In this document: positions 9,818 to 20,908 of the stretch, one piece after another
How positions within the stretch are numbered: position 1 is the stretch's first letter
Layout of the letters: every line of letters starts with the position of its first letter
Notes under the pieces: generated by a model
What the model was told of the DNA's origin: nothing
The model's database searches: none
The model's input: only the letters and a program-made list of their open reading frames with translations
Assembly: GCA_039030175.1 (NCBI GenBank)
Contig: JBCCER010000001.1
Span: 7,522-71,521 of the forward strand
Source: Pseudomonadota bacterium
Lineage (GTDB): Bacteria; Pseudomonadota; Alphaproteobacteria; DSM-16000; Inquilinaceae
Direction: 5' to 3'
Length of the DNA: 64,000 bases
Program-made: the position numbers and the translations under genes

Positions 9818-10372
9818 ATGACCATCATGTCCGACCGTTGGATTCGCCAGACGGCCAAGTCCGACGGCATGATCGAACCCTTCGTAGAAAAACAGACGCG
9901 CGCCGGCGCAATATCCTTCGGCCTCAGCTCGTACGGCTATGACGCAAGGGTGGCGGATGAGTTCCTTATCTTTACTAACGTCGACAATGCCGTCGTCGAT
10001 CCGAAGAGCTTCGACGAGAACAGCTTTGTTAAGCGCAAGACCGATGTCTGCATCATTCCACCCAATAGCTTTGCCCTGGCGAGTACGGTGGAGTATTTCC
10101 GCGTGCCGCGCGATGTGATGGTGATTTGCCTGGGCAAGTCGACTTATGCGCGATGCGGCATCATCGTAAACGTGACGCCGCTGGAGCCCGGCTGGGAGGG
10201 ACACGTCACCTTGGAGTTTTCCAACACCACGCCGCTACCCGCAAAGATCTACGCGAACGAGGGCGCGTGTCAGTTCCTGTTTTTGAAGGGGAACGAGCCC
10301 TGCGAGACCTCCTATGCCGACAGGGCGGGCAAATATATGGGCCAGCGGGGCGTCACCCTGCCGAAGATCTGA
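9818..10372 (+). CDS. dcd: dCTP deaminase
   Basis: 184 aa from [11 protein letters not shown]...GMIEPF. Contains YGYDARV and [14 protein letters not shown] motifs. The upstream part of ORF 9737 was discarded. Confidence 0.9.
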   Translation: MTIMSDRWIRQTAKSDGMIEPFVEKQTRAGAISFGLSSYGYDARVADEFLIFTNVDNAVVDPKSFDENSFVKRKTDVCIIPPNSFALASTVEYFRVPRDVMVICLGKSTYARCGIIVNVTPLEPGWEGHVTLEFSNTTPLPAKIYANEGACQFLFLKGNEPCETSYADRAGKYMGQRGVTLPKI

Positions 10373-10403
10373 TCGATCGGCCGCAAATCACACAAGGCAT
10401 GTA

Positions 10404-11674
10404 ATGGATAGAATACGCATTCGCGGCGGCCGGCCGCTCAAGGGCAGCATCCCGATCTCGGGTGCCAAGAATGCTGCCCTGCCGCTGATGGCGGCGAGCT
10501 TGCTGACCGATCAGACACTGACGCTCACCAAGGTGCCGAAGCTGGCGGATATCAAGACGATGTCGAGCCTGCTGGCTCAACATGGCGTCGTCCTGACGGC
10601 TAACGGGACGCCCGGCGCATTAGCGTTGGATGCGGCCGGTGTCGACAACACTACGGCGCCGTATGATTTGGTCCGTAAGATGCGGGCGAGCGTTTTGGTA
10701 CTGGGGCCGTTGGTCGCGCGATTTGGCCAGGCAGCAGTTTCTCTCCCCGGTGGCTGTGCCATCGGTACGCGCCCGGTCGATCTTCATATTGATGGGCTGA
10801 AGGCGCTGGGGGCCGAGATCGACCTGCGTGAAGGCTACATCCATGCAAGCGCCCCAGACGGACTGACCGGCGCGCACATAGTGTTCCCGAAGGTCTCGGT
10901 CGGGGCCACCGAAAACATTTTGATGGCGGCCAGCTTGGCCAAGGGCGAGACCGTGCTGCTGAACGCCGCGCGGGAGCCCGAAGTCGTTGACCTCGCCGAC
11001 TGCCTTGTCGCCATGGGCGCCAGGATCGAGGGTATCGGTACCGATAGGGTGACGATCCAAGGCGTTGACAGCCTGGGTGCTGCTACCCATGAGGTGGTTA
11101 GCGACCGGATCGAAACCGGCACCTATGCCATGGCGGCAGCGGCCACGGGCGGGGATGTAGAGCTGATCGGCGGCCGTTTGGACCTGATCGAGGCGGTGTC
11201 AAAGGGCCTATCGGGTGCCGGCGTTGAGTTCTCAGAGACCGATGCCGGCTTCAGGGTCAATCGCGCGAATGGACCCTTAACCGGCGTCGATGTGATGACC
11301 GAGCCATTTCCGGGATACCCGACCGATTTGCAGGCCCAGACCATGGCGTTGATGACGACGGCCGGCGGGGCGTCGATGATCACCGAGACGATCTTCGAAA
11401 ACCGCTTCATGCATGTTCCCGAACTCGCCCGAATGGGGGCCAACATTACCGTCCACGGGTCTTCGGCCCTGGTTCGGGGTGTGCCGAATTTGACTGGCGC
11501 ACCCGTCATGGCCACCGACCTTCGCGCGAGCGTCTCCCTGGTCATTGCCGGCTTGGTCGCGGAAGGTGAGACGGTCTTGAATCGCGTCTATCATCTTGAT
11601 CGTGGATACGAACGGCTGGAGGAAAAGTTGGCCGCCTGTGGTGCAGAAATCGAACGTATGCCGGCGGAAGACTG

Positions 11675-11675
<1 letters not shown>
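10404..11675 (+). CDS. murA: UDP-N-acetylglucosamine 1-carboxyvinyltransferase
   Basis: 423 aa from [34 protein letters not shown]. The active-site loop is [15 protein letters not shown]. Confidence 0.95.
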
Positions 11676-12591
<916 letters not shown>

Positions 12592-13812
12592 CTACGGATT
12601 GTAGCCCTGCTCGCCATGGGCGGTGAAATCCAACCCTTCGATGGCATCCTCGTCGGTGACCCGCAATCCGCAAAGAGCCTTTGTGATCTTCACAAGGACA
12701 TAGCTGGCAATGGCTGCCCAAAGGGCAGTTACAACGACGCCGACGAGCTGTACCCAGAATTGCGACCCCATGGTCACGCCTTCGGCAAGGCCGATGCCGC
12801 CCAACGCAGTGCTAGCAAAGAACGCCGCCAGCAAGGTACCGGTCGCGCCGCCGATGCCGTGCACCGCCAAGACATCCAGTGAGTCGTCGATCTTGAACTT
12901 GTGCTTGATCAAATCGACCGCCGCATAGCAAAGCAGGCCGCCGACCAAGCCGAGCACAATGCCACCTGCCGGGCCGACGAACCCGGACGCAGGGGTGATG
13001 GTCGCCAAGCCTGCGATGGTGCCGGTGACCAAACCGACGACGCTGGGCTTGCCATACTTGACCCATTCGATCGTCAACCACACCAGCGAGGCAACGGCCG
13101 CCGATAGGTGTGTAACCAGCATGGCCATTGCAGCGTCGGTGCCTGCCGACAGGGCGCTACCGGCGTTGAAGCCGAACCAGCCTACCCACAGCATGCACGC
13201 CCCGACCATCACCATCCAAGGCGCGTGGGGTGGCCGCAATCCGCTTGGGAAGCCGCGCCTGTCGCCGAGCTGCCAGGCGATCACGAGAGCAGAGACGCCC
13301 GCCGTTACGTGGACGACGATCCCACCGGCGAAGTCAAGAACGCCCATTTCAGCAAGCCAGCCGCCACCCCATACCCAGTGGGTCACGGGGGCATAGACAA
13401 CCAGCAGCCATAGACCGGAAAACACCAAGACGGCGGCGAACTTGATCCGTTCGACATAGGCGCCGACGATCAGCGCGGGTGTGATGATCGCGAATGTCAT
13501 CTGGAACATCACGAACAGCGTCGCGGGTATTCCGTAATCCTCAATGATGGTACCCCGCCCCATGTCTAGGAGCAGCACATCCGACAGTCCGCCGACAAAG
13601 GCGTTGCCTTCCGAGAAGGCGAGGCTATAGCCAATGACAAACCATAAGACCGAGGCAAGGCACGCAATAGCAATGCAGTGCATTAGGACGGACAGGACGT
13701 TCTTCGACTGAACCAGGCCACCATAGAAAAGCGCCAGGCCAGGCAGCGTCATGAACAGGACCAAGGCAGTGGATGTCAAAATCCACGCCGTATTGCCGGT
13801 ATCGATCATCAA
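12592..13812 (-). CDS. amtB: ammonium transporter
   Basis: 406-aa polytopic protein with the Amt motifs DFAGGIVVHVTAG and AVHGIGGATGTLL. Confidence 0.92.
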   Translation of the reverse strand: MMIDTGNTAWILTSTALVLFMTLPGLALFYGGLVQSKNVLSVLMHCIAIACLASVLWFVIGYSLAFSEGNAFVGGLSDVLLLDMGRGTIIEDYGIPATLFVMFQMTFAIITPALIVGAYVERIKFAAVLVFSGLWLLVVYAPVTHWVWGGGWLAEMGVLDFAGGIVVHVTAGVSALVIAWQLGDRRGFPSGLRPPHAPWMVMVGACMLWVGWFGFNAGSALSAGTDAAMAMLVTHLSAAVASLVWLTIEWVKYGKPSVVGLVTGTIAGLATITPASGFVGPAGGIVLGLVGGLLCYAAVDLIKHKFKIDDSLDVLAVHGIGGATGTLLAAFFASTALGGIGLAEGVTMGSQFWVQLVGVVVTALWAAIASYVLVKITKALCGLRVTDEDAIEGLDFTAHGEQGYNP

Positions 13813-14135
13813 TGAGCCCCTTTTCGCGCCGAGATTACCTCTCGGTTCGGCGAGATTGCTAAATCGGGCGGCATCATGCCCAGAAAAGCGGCGAGATCAA
13901 TGGTGCAGTGCGATATTCTCAGTCCCAGCTGCACTTTTCGTGCGCGAATGACTAATTCGTAGTCACGTTAGTTCGCTGCTTAGCGCCCTTTGGTTGTATT
14001 CGGTCCCGACATGCGATGGATCAGATCTTGCCTTCAACCGAAGCTGTAGCCGCAGAGCGACACCTTCGTGGCGAACGGATCGCTAATCTGAAGCTTGAAA
14101 TTCAGAATGGGGCGCTGTCAGGACTTAACGATCGG

Positions 14136-14768
14136 CTAACTGTTCTTGAGGCCATTCATCAAGATATCGAAATGGGTTTCGAATAACTGTTCCGAATCCA
14201 GCGTATGATGCCTTTCAAACAGGATCTTCCAGATCGCCGCTACGATGACGGGGCCTAAAACCACTTGGGGGTGGTCGGGCAGGGCGGTCTGGCGAAACTC
14301 GCCTCGCTTGACTCCGAGCTCGATTGTTTTTTGGAGGGTCTTAAGGCCGCGTTGAATGACCGTCTCGTAGTAAAAATCCACCAGATGAGAGAAGCGAGGA
14401 CCCTCGGCGATCATCAATCGCAGGATCTCGCGTAACCTGCTGCCGGCCAACTCCTGATAGATCCCTCTAACCTGAGCCCGGATCAGCGCCTCCACTGGGC
14501 CGTCATGATTGGCTAGCAGCTCTTCCGCCGCGGAGACACGCGGAAGAACCCAGCGGCGCACGACGCCCTCGAAGAGTTGGTCCTTGCTGTTGAAATACAG
14601 ATAGATCGTCCCCTTGCTGATGCCCGCTCTCTTGGCGACATCGTCAAGACGCGCGGCCTCGAATCCCTTCGTCGAGAACTCTTCCAGCGCGGCGTCCAAG
14701 ATATCGTCCGACCGGCCCTCCTTGGCTGGACGACCGCGCGGTTTATCCCCCAGTTGATTGGCTGTCAT
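14136..14768 (-). CDS. TetR/AcrR family transcriptional regulator
   Basis: 210 aa from MTANQLG. The N-terminal HTH is ILDAALEEFSTKGFEAARLDDVAKRAGISKGTIYLYF. The gene is divergent from the exporter operon. Confidence 0.85.
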   Translation of the reverse strand: MTANQLGDKPRGRPAKEGRSDDILDAALEEFSTKGFEAARLDDVAKRAGISKGTIYLYFNSKDQLFEGVVRRWVLPRVSAAEELLANHDGPVEALIRAQVRGIYQELAGSRLREILRLMIAEGPRFSHLVDFYYETVIQRGLKTLQKTIELGVKRGEFRQTALPDHPQVVLGPVIVAAIWKILFERHHTLDSEQLFETHFDILMNGLKNS

Positions 14769-14826
14769 CGTGTTTATCCGCCGCGCGAAGCAATTCATGT
14801 TGCAAAAGTCAGGTACTAGAACATAT

Positions 14827-14848
14827 TATGACTGACCGGTCAGTTATA
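14827..14848. promoter_or_regulatory. candidate TetR operator (palindrome) in divergent promoter region
   Basis: ACTGACCGGTCAGT (14831-14844) is a perfect 14-bp palindrome. With one mismatch it extends to TATgACTGACCGGTCAGTtATA. It lies between the tetR start (14768) and the preferred hlyD-like start (14897). Confidence 0.6.
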
Positions 14849-14896
14849 CAAGCGCCAGGTTGTGATCGGTCCAAAGCGGGAGAGTGTTGCCGAGAT

Positions 14897-15895
14897 ATGA
14901 AGCGGGTTGCCGTCATAATCGTGGTCTTGTTTGTGCTGGGAGGTGGCGCGGCCTGGTACTTCTATGGTCGCGAGGAGGCCCAAAGCCCCGACCTTCTGCT
15001 ATACGGCAATGTGGACATCCGTCAGGTGGAGCTTGCCTTTCGGGTGACCGGCCGCCTTGCAGAAATGCGGTTTGAGGAGGGAGACGCGGTTCAGGCCGAT
15101 GAATTGGTCGCCACTCTGGATGCCGTTCCCTTCGATGAAAGTGTTGCTTATGCCGAGGCCAATGTCGCCGTTCGGCAGGCCCAACTTGCCAATCTCGAAG
15201 CCGGCGCCCGCCCGCAAGAGGTAGCGCAAGGACGAGCAACCGTTGCCGAGAGACAGGCCGCCTTGGACAACGCAACGCGCGTTTTGGAGCGACAGCAACA
15301 GCTGGTGCAGCAAGGAAACGTCTCGCAAAGCGTTTACGATGACGCTCTCACCGGGCTTGATGAGGCACAAGCTCGGTTGGAGTCTGCTCAGGAAGCACTT
15401 GAGTTGACACTGGCGGGGGCCCGCGCCGAGGACATCCAAGCGGCCAGGGCCAATCTCCAGGCGGCTCAAGTCCAGGTCGCGCAAGCCCAAACCCAGCGTG
15501 ACGATACGCAGCTCTATGCGCCATCGGACGGAACGATATTGACCCGCATGCACGAGCCGGGTGCGATCGTCTCGGCAGGTCAAACTGTCTTCACGCTGTC
15601 TTTGGACCGCCCGGTCTGGGTGCGAGCCTATGTCGATGAACCCGATTTGGGACTGATCCGGCCCGGCTTGTCCGTCGAAGTCGTTACGGACACAAATCCG
15701 AACCAGCCCTATACAGGCCAGATTGGCTTTATCTCACCGACCGCCGAATTCACCCCGCGCACTGTCGAAACGACCGCGCTGCGGACGAGCCTCGTCTATC
15801 GCCTGCGGGTGATCGTCGCGGAACCTGACGACCGCTTGCGACAGGGCATGCCGGTGACCGTGCGAATTGCCAATGCGCGGCAGGTGACGGAGTGA
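14897..15895 (+). CDS. HlyD-family membrane fusion/secretion protein (YbhG-like)
   Basis: 332 aa from MKRVAVIIVVLFVLGGGAAWYF (N-terminal anchor), with a long coiled-coil Ala/Gln-rich middle and a C-terminal beta-barrel region. The ATG at 14828 was rejected because it overlaps the palindrome. Confidence 0.8.
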   Translation: MKRVAVIIVVLFVLGGGAAWYFYGREEAQSPDLLLYGNVDIRQVELAFRVTGRLAEMRFEEGDAVQADELVATLDAVPFDESVAYAEANVAVRQAQLANLEAGARPQEVAQGRATVAERQAALDNATRVLERQQQLVQQGNVSQSVYDDALTGLDEAQARLESAQEALELTLAGARAEDIQAARANLQAAQVQVAQAQTQRDDTQLYAPSDGTILTRMHEPGAIVSAGQTVFTLSLDRPVWVRAYVDEPDLGLIRPGLSVEVVTDTNPNQPYTGQIGFISPTAEFTPRTVETTALRTSLVYRLRVIVAEPDDRLRQGMPVTVRIANARQVTE

Positions 15896-15898
15896 CCG

Positions 15899-17677
15899 AT
15901 GGGCGAGGCGCTCGTCCAGATCAATTCGGTCACGAAAAGCTTCATCAAAGGGCATCCGCCTGCGCTTAACGCCATCTCTGCGCAGGTGGAGGCGGGAAAG
16001 ATAACAGGGCTGGTCGGCCCAGACGGTGCCGGGAAGACGACGTTGATCCGGCTGATCACGGGCCTGTTGGTTCCTGACGAGGGTAAGATCACCGCTCTTG
16101 GATGCGACACGCGATCTGAGGCCCGGTCCATCCACGCGGCCGTTGGCTATATGCCGCAGCGGTTTGGCCTTTATGAGGATCTGACGGTCCAGGAGAACTT
16201 GTCGCTTTACGCCAATCTGCGGGGGCTATCGTTTCAGCAGCGCGCCGGGGTCTTTGAGAGGCTTTTGGACTTTACGGACCTCGCCCGATTTACCGACCGG
16301 CTATCGGGCCAGCTTTCCGGAGGCATGAAGCAGAAACTGGGGCTCGCCTGCGCTCTGATCAAAACGCCAAAGTTGCTGCTGTTGGACGAACCCAGCGTCG
16401 GCGTCGACCCGATTTCGCGCCGTGAGCTGTGGCGCATGGTCCAAGACCTTACCAGTGAGGGCATCGGTGTCGTCTGGTCCACCGCTTATCTCGACGAAGC
16501 CGAGCGATGTGACGATGTCATCCTGCTGAACGAAGGTGAACTGCTGTTTCAGGGGCCGCCGAATGGGATGACCGGGCGGGCGGCGGGGCGCGTCGACCAG
16601 ATCGTTGAGATTAAGGGACGAAGGCGGGCCGTGTTGGCCAACGCACTCGATATCGACGGTGTTGTCGATGGCGTCATACAGGGTCGCGCCGTGCGGGTTG
16701 TCTATCGACGAGACGATGTCGCCGCGACGCGCCTGCGAGCGACTGAGATGGTGGCCGCTACCGAACCCACCGCGTCGGTCGTTCAAACCGAGCCGCGTTT
16801 TGAGGACGCGTTTATCGATGCCCTGGGCGGTGGTCCCGGGGGGCGCTCGACGCTCGCCGCGCACACGGTCGATATCGCCGTAAAATCTAACAGCGGCAAC
16901 CAAGACAGCTCGGATGGCGACAAGGTCATCGTGGCCAAAGGCTTGACCAAGCGGTTCGGCGATTTCGTCGCAGCGCGCGATGTCACGTTCGCCATTCCGC
17001 GCGGCGAGATCTTCGGCTTGCTCGGCCCCAACGGTGCAGGCAAGTCCACCTCATTCAAGATGCTCTGCGGTCTGCTGAAGCCGACGGCTGGGGAGGGCAC
17101 CGTTGCCGGGTTCGATCTGCGCAGAGCGGCGGCCGAAGCGCGCAATCGACTGGGCTATATGGCGCAGAAATTCTCGCTTTATGGCGACCTTAGCGTTGCC
17201 CAGAATCTAGAGTTCTTTGCCGGAGCCTACGGGCTTTCCCGCAAAAGGCGGCGTGAGCGCATCGACACGATGATTGAGACGTTCGACCTGCCGAGGTTTT
17301 TGGCTACCAACGCCAAAGATCTGCCGCTCGGCTACAAACAGCGACTGGCTCTGGCTTGTGCTGTCATGCACGAGCCTGAAGCGCTGTTTCTGGACGAGCC
17401 GACCTCCGGTGTCGACCCGATCACAAGGCGGGAGTTTTGGACTCACATCAACGGCTTGGTCGAGCGCGGCGTCGCTGTCCTCGTGACTACCCACTTCATG
17501 GACGAAGCCGAGTACTGCGACCGGATCGCCTTGATCTACCGAAGCCGGACAATCGCGACCGGCTCGCCCGACGCGCTTAAGGCCCAAGTCACAAGTCTAT
17601 CCTTGCCAGATCCTTCGCTAGAGGATGCTTTCATTCGTCTGGTTGAGGACTCCGAGTCTGGTCAAGAGGCGGCGTGA
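15899..17677 (+). CDS. ABC transporter ATP-binding protein with two fused ATPase domains (YbhF-like)
   Basis: 592 aa. Two Walker A motifs (GPDGAGKTT, GPNGAGKST), two signature-like motifs (LSGGMKQK, LPLGYKQR) and two Walker B motifs (LLLLDEP, ALFLDEP). Confidence 0.9.
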   Translation: MGEALVQINSVTKSFIKGHPPALNAISAQVEAGKITGLVGPDGAGKTTLIRLITGLLVPDEGKITALGCDTRSEARSIHAAVGYMPQRFGLYEDLTVQENLSLYANLRGLSFQQRAGVFERLLDFTDLARFTDRLSGQLSGGMKQKLGLACALIKTPKLLLLDEPSVGVDPISRRELWRMVQDLTSEGIGVVWSTAYLDEAERCDDVILLNEGELLFQGPPNGMTGRAAGRVDQIVEIKGRRRAVLANALDIDGVVDGVIQGRAVRVVYRRDDVAATRLRATEMVAATEPTASVVQTEPRFEDAFIDALGGGPGGRSTLAAHTVDIAVKSNSGNQDSSDGDKVIVAKGLTKRFGDFVAARDVTFAIPRGEIFGLLGPNGAGKSTSFKMLCGLLKPTAGEGTVAGFDLRRAAAEARNRLGYMAQKFSLYGDLSVAQNLEFFAGAYGLSRKRRRERIDTMIETFDLPRFLATNAKDLPLGYKQRLALACAVMHEPEALFLDEPTSGVDPITRREFWTHINGLVERGVAVLVTTHFMDEAEYCDRIALIYRSRTIATGSPDALKAQVTSLSLPDPSLEDAFIRLVEDSESGQEAA

Positions 17678-18795
17678 TGGTGCCTGGCCGTCGATTCGGT
17701 GCCTTGCTGGTTAAGGAGAGCATTCAGATCGTCCGCGACCCTAGCTCGATCTTGATCGCGCTGGTCCTGCCGCTAATCCTACTGTTCCTCTTCGGTTACG
17801 GCGTTTCGCTCGACGCCAATGTCGTCAGGATTGGCTTGGTGATAGAGCAGGCCGAAGGTCCTGCCGAGGATCTTGCCGCCGCATTTCAGGCCTCTCCGTA
17901 TTTCGAGACAGAAGTCGCGACCGACATTCGGCTGTTGGAGGACGATCTTGTTGCCGGCGACATCCGAGGGATCGTGGTTATACCAGCGACATTCGATCGA
18001 GTCTTCGACATGGGGAATGGCCACGCCGCATTCCAGGTCATCGCGGATGGGTCGGAGCCCAATACCGCCAACTTTGTTCAGAACTACGCCAGCGGTGTCT
18101 GGAGTACTTGGCTGGCCCAACAATCTGCGAATGGGCAGGGAACGCCACCCGCTATCTCTTTGGCGCCGCGCTTTTGGTTCAATCCGGAACTGGCCAGCCG
18201 CTACTTCCTTGTGCCGGGATCGATGGCCATCGTGATGACGCTGATCGGTACGCTCTTGACCGCCCTGGTCGTGGCGCGCGAGTGGGAGCGGGGCACGATG
18301 GAGGCCATCATGGCCACCCCGGTCGGCATTTTGGAACTGCTACTGGGTAAGCTGATTCCATACTTCGTCCTCGCGTTAGGCGCGATGGCCCTTTGCACCG
18401 TCCTCGCGGTCACGGTGTTCGGTGTGCCGATGCACGGGTCAGTGTTGGCGCTGGTCGCCATATCAATGGCATTCCTGCTGCCAGCATTGGGTCAGGGGCT
18501 GCTGATTTCAGCTGCGACCAAGAACCAGTTCGTCGCCTCGCAGGCGGCGCTGCTGAGTGGATTTCTGCCGGCCTTTCTTCTCTCCGGCTTCATCTTCGAA
18601 ATCGACAGCATGCCGACGGTGATCCAGTGGATTACGGTGATCGTGCCGGCCCGTTACCTGATTGCCAGCCTGCAGACCGTCTTTTTGGCAGGGGATATTT
18701 GGGCGCTGTTTTTGCCGAACATCGGGATCATGTTGCTGATTGGTTCGGTGTTTTTTGTGCTGGCCGCTCGCAGCACCAAAAAGCGGCTCGACTGA
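17677..18795 (+). CDS. ABC-2 type transporter permease (YbhS-like)
   Basis: 372-aa membrane protein. The start overlaps the ATPase stop (TGATG; a GTG at 17674 is also possible). Confidence 0.85.
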   Translation: MVPGRRFGALLVKESIQIVRDPSSILIALVLPLILLFLFGYGVSLDANVVRIGLVIEQAEGPAEDLAAAFQASPYFETEVATDIRLLEDDLVAGDIRGIVVIPATFDRVFDMGNGHAAFQVIADGSEPNTANFVQNYASGVWSTWLAQQSANGQGTPPAISLAPRFWFNPELASRYFLVPGSMAIVMTLIGTLLTALVVAREWERGTMEAIMATPVGILELLLGKLIPYFVLALGAMALCTVLAVTVFGVPMHGSVLALVAISMAFLLPALGQGLLISAATKNQFVASQAALLSGFLPAFLLSGFIFEIDSMPTVIQWITVIVPARYLIASLQTVFLAGDIWALFLPNIGIMLLIGSVFFVLAARSTKKRLD

Positions 18796-18796
18796 G

Positions 18797-19906
18797 ATGG
18801 GCGGCCGGCTTCGCGCGTTGATCAGGAAGGAATTGCTGGCCGCACTGCGCGACCCGCGCAGCCGGATGATGCTGATCATGCCGCCCTTATTGCAGCTGCT
18901 GATCTTCAGCTATGCGGCGACGTTGGAGGTGAGCAACGTTTCCATCGGTATCTTGAACCGCGATGCTGGGCGCTGGGGTGTTGAGTTCGTTGAACGGTTG
19001 GAGGGCTCGCCGACCTTTGCGGAGATATTGCCGCTGCAGGGTGTGCCGGAGATCCAGACGGTCATCGATCTGCGCCAGGCGATTGCCGTCGTCCAGATCG
19101 GCCCCGAGTTTTCGCGCAAACTCGAGGCTGGGCAAACCGCCATAGCCCAAGTCGTGTTAGACGGCAGACGCTCCAATGCTGCCCAGATTGTTCAGGGCTA
19201 TCTCAGTGTCATCGCCGAGGAGATTGGTGCCACAGTGCTCGCAGATCAGGATCTACCGTCAGGCGAAATCGGGCCGATCGACCGAAATTGGTTCAACCCC
19301 AATCTCGAATACACTTGGTTCACGGTTCCCAGCCTGATCGGCATCATTACGCTTCTGGCCTCACTCACCATCACTGGCCTCTCGGTGGCCCGCGAACGAG
19401 AGCTGGGCACCTTCGACCAATTGATGGTTTCTCCCCTTCGCGTTCGGGAAATTCTGATCGGTAAGACGGTTCCGCCCATGCTGGTCGGCGTGTTTCAGGC
19501 CACAATCTTCGTTCTGGCCGCCATATATTGGTTTGAGGTTCCTTTGCGGGGCTCGCTGCTGCTGCTCTATGCCAGCCTGCTGATCTACCAGGCGGCGGTC
19601 ATTGGCGTTGGCCTGTTCGTGTCGTCATTGTCACAGACACAGCAGCAGGCCTTCCTCGGTTCGTTCCTATTCGCGGTGCCGGCAATCCTTCTTTCCGGTT
19701 TCGCCTCACCCGTCGAAAACATGCCCAATTGGCTGCAGATCGTGTCGCTCGCCGACCCGCTGCGCTACTTCCTGGTGATCGTGAAGGGCATTTTCCTCAA
19801 GGCGATGTCGGTCGAGCAGGTCTGGCAAAACACCTGGCCACTGCTGGTCATTGCTTTTGTAACCCTTGGATGTGCAGCCCTTCTGTTCACCAAGCGGTTG
19901 GAGTGA
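18797..19906 (+). CDS. ABC-2 type transporter permease (YbhR-like)
   Basis: 369 aa from MGGRLRALIRKELL, paralogous to the preceding permease. The ATG lies 1 nt after the upstream stop. Confidence 0.85.
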   Translation: MGGRLRALIRKELLAALRDPRSRMMLIMPPLLQLLIFSYAATLEVSNVSIGILNRDAGRWGVEFVERLEGSPTFAEILPLQGVPEIQTVIDLRQAIAVVQIGPEFSRKLEAGQTAIAQVVLDGRRSNAAQIVQGYLSVIAEEIGATVLADQDLPSGEIGPIDRNWFNPNLEYTWFTVPSLIGIITLLASLTITGLSVARERELGTFDQLMVSPLRVREILIGKTVPPMLVGVFQATIFVLAAIYWFEVPLRGSLLLLYASLLIYQAAVIGVGLFVSSLSQTQQQAFLGSFLFAVPAILLSGFASPVENMPNWLQIVSLADPLRYFLVIVKGIFLKAMSVEQVWQNTWPLLVIAFVTLGCAALLFTKRLE

Positions 19907-19909
19907 TCT

Positions 19910-20794
19910 TTGGAAAAGCCATCAATCTTCATCGCAGTCACCGATGATGGTGAAACGGTTTCCGGTGAACACTCCACAGCCATCGTTCCGTGGTGGAGCG
20001 TCACAAAAACCGTCTTGGCTGCTGCCGCTCTATGCCTGGTTCGAGATGGACAGCTTGAGCTTGATCGACCTCTCAAAGGTAGGCCGTACAGCATGGCTCA
20101 GCTGCTCTCCCACCGGGCGGGGCTTCCTTGCTACAGCAGGCTCCCAGAATATCATGAGAGTGTTTCCGCGGGTGAGATGCCATGGTCGATTGACGCGATG
20201 TTGACCAAGGTCGAGGCAGGCCGCCTGGTGTTCGAACCCGGCACCAAGTTCGCCTACTCGAATATCGGTTATCTCTTCGTTGGTCAGGTCATCGAAGAGG
20301 TGACCGGTGAAATTCTGTCAGAGGCGCTTTTTCGATTGGTCCTGTCGCCATTGGGCATTGGCTCGGTTCGGTTGGCTGTCGAGCCGGCCGATCTTGACTG
20401 CACCGTATGGGCAAGCAAGAGCGGTTATCATCCAGCCTGGGTTTATCATGGCCTGTTGGTCGGGCAGGTGGGGGATGCGGCGCTCTGTGTTCATCGCTTG
20501 CTGAGAGGGAGTTTGCTACCCGCTGGGTTACGCTATGCGATGGTCGACGCCCATCGGTTCGGAGGTCCGATAGATGGTCGCCCCTGGCTGGATACGGGCT
20601 ATGGGTTGGGCTTGATGATGGGCGAGATGGATGGAGCCGGCCTTGCCATGGGCCATTCGGCGAGCGGTCCAGGTAGCGTTGGGGCGGTCTATCACTTTGT
20701 CGACTTGCCGAGGCCGCGCACCATCGCGGTGTTTGCGAACGCCGACAGTGAAGGTGTTTGCGAATGGGAAGCCGCAAGGCAAGCGGGCGCCTAA
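19910..20794 (+). CDS. serine hydrolase, beta-lactamase/PBP4*-like family, no signal peptide
   Basis: 294 aa with S-x-x-K (WWSVTKT) and Y-x-N (FAYSNIGY) motifs. The only in-frame start before the SxxK motif is the TTG at 19910, 3 nt after the permease stop. Confidence 0.7.
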   Translation: MEKPSIFIAVTDDGETVSGEHSTAIVPWWSVTKTVLAAAALCLVRDGQLELDRPLKGRPYSMAQLLSHRAGLPCYSRLPEYHESVSAGEMPWSIDAMLTKVEAGRLVFEPGTKFAYSNIGYLFVGQVIEEVTGEILSEALFRLVLSPLGIGSVRLAVEPADLDCTVWASKSGYHPAWVYHGLLVGQVGDAALCVHRLLRGSLLPAGLRYAMVDAHRFGGPIDGRPWLDTGYGLGLMMGEMDGAGLAMGHSASGPGSVGAVYHFVDLPRPRTIAVFANADSEGVCEWEAARQAGA

Positions 20795-20908
20795 CGATTA
20801 ACGTTGGGCAGCATATGCCGCTGGACCATACCAGATGCACAAAACCATTCATTTGAAGCGGCGCGCGTAAATCCGTACTCTCCGCCGCCGTCGGGGCTGG
20901 CCCGGCGG

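Noticed and set aside
13813-14135. A sigma-54 promoter or NtrC sites for amtB. Candidates were TGGGCATGATGCCGC (minus strand) and TGCAC-N5-GTGCG.
   Set aside because: The first matches only the GG/GC dinucleotides and misses most other consensus positions. The second has the wrong spacing (N5 instead of N7 between TGCAC and GTGCA) and an imperfect half-site.
14828-14896. The ATG at 14828 as the start of the HlyD-like gene (MTDRSVIQAPGCDRSKAGECCRD...).
   Set aside because: The first codons would lie on the 14-bp palindromic operator, and the extension precedes the obvious membrane anchor. The ATG at 14897 (MKRVAVIIVVLF...) gives a standard membrane fusion protein N-terminus.
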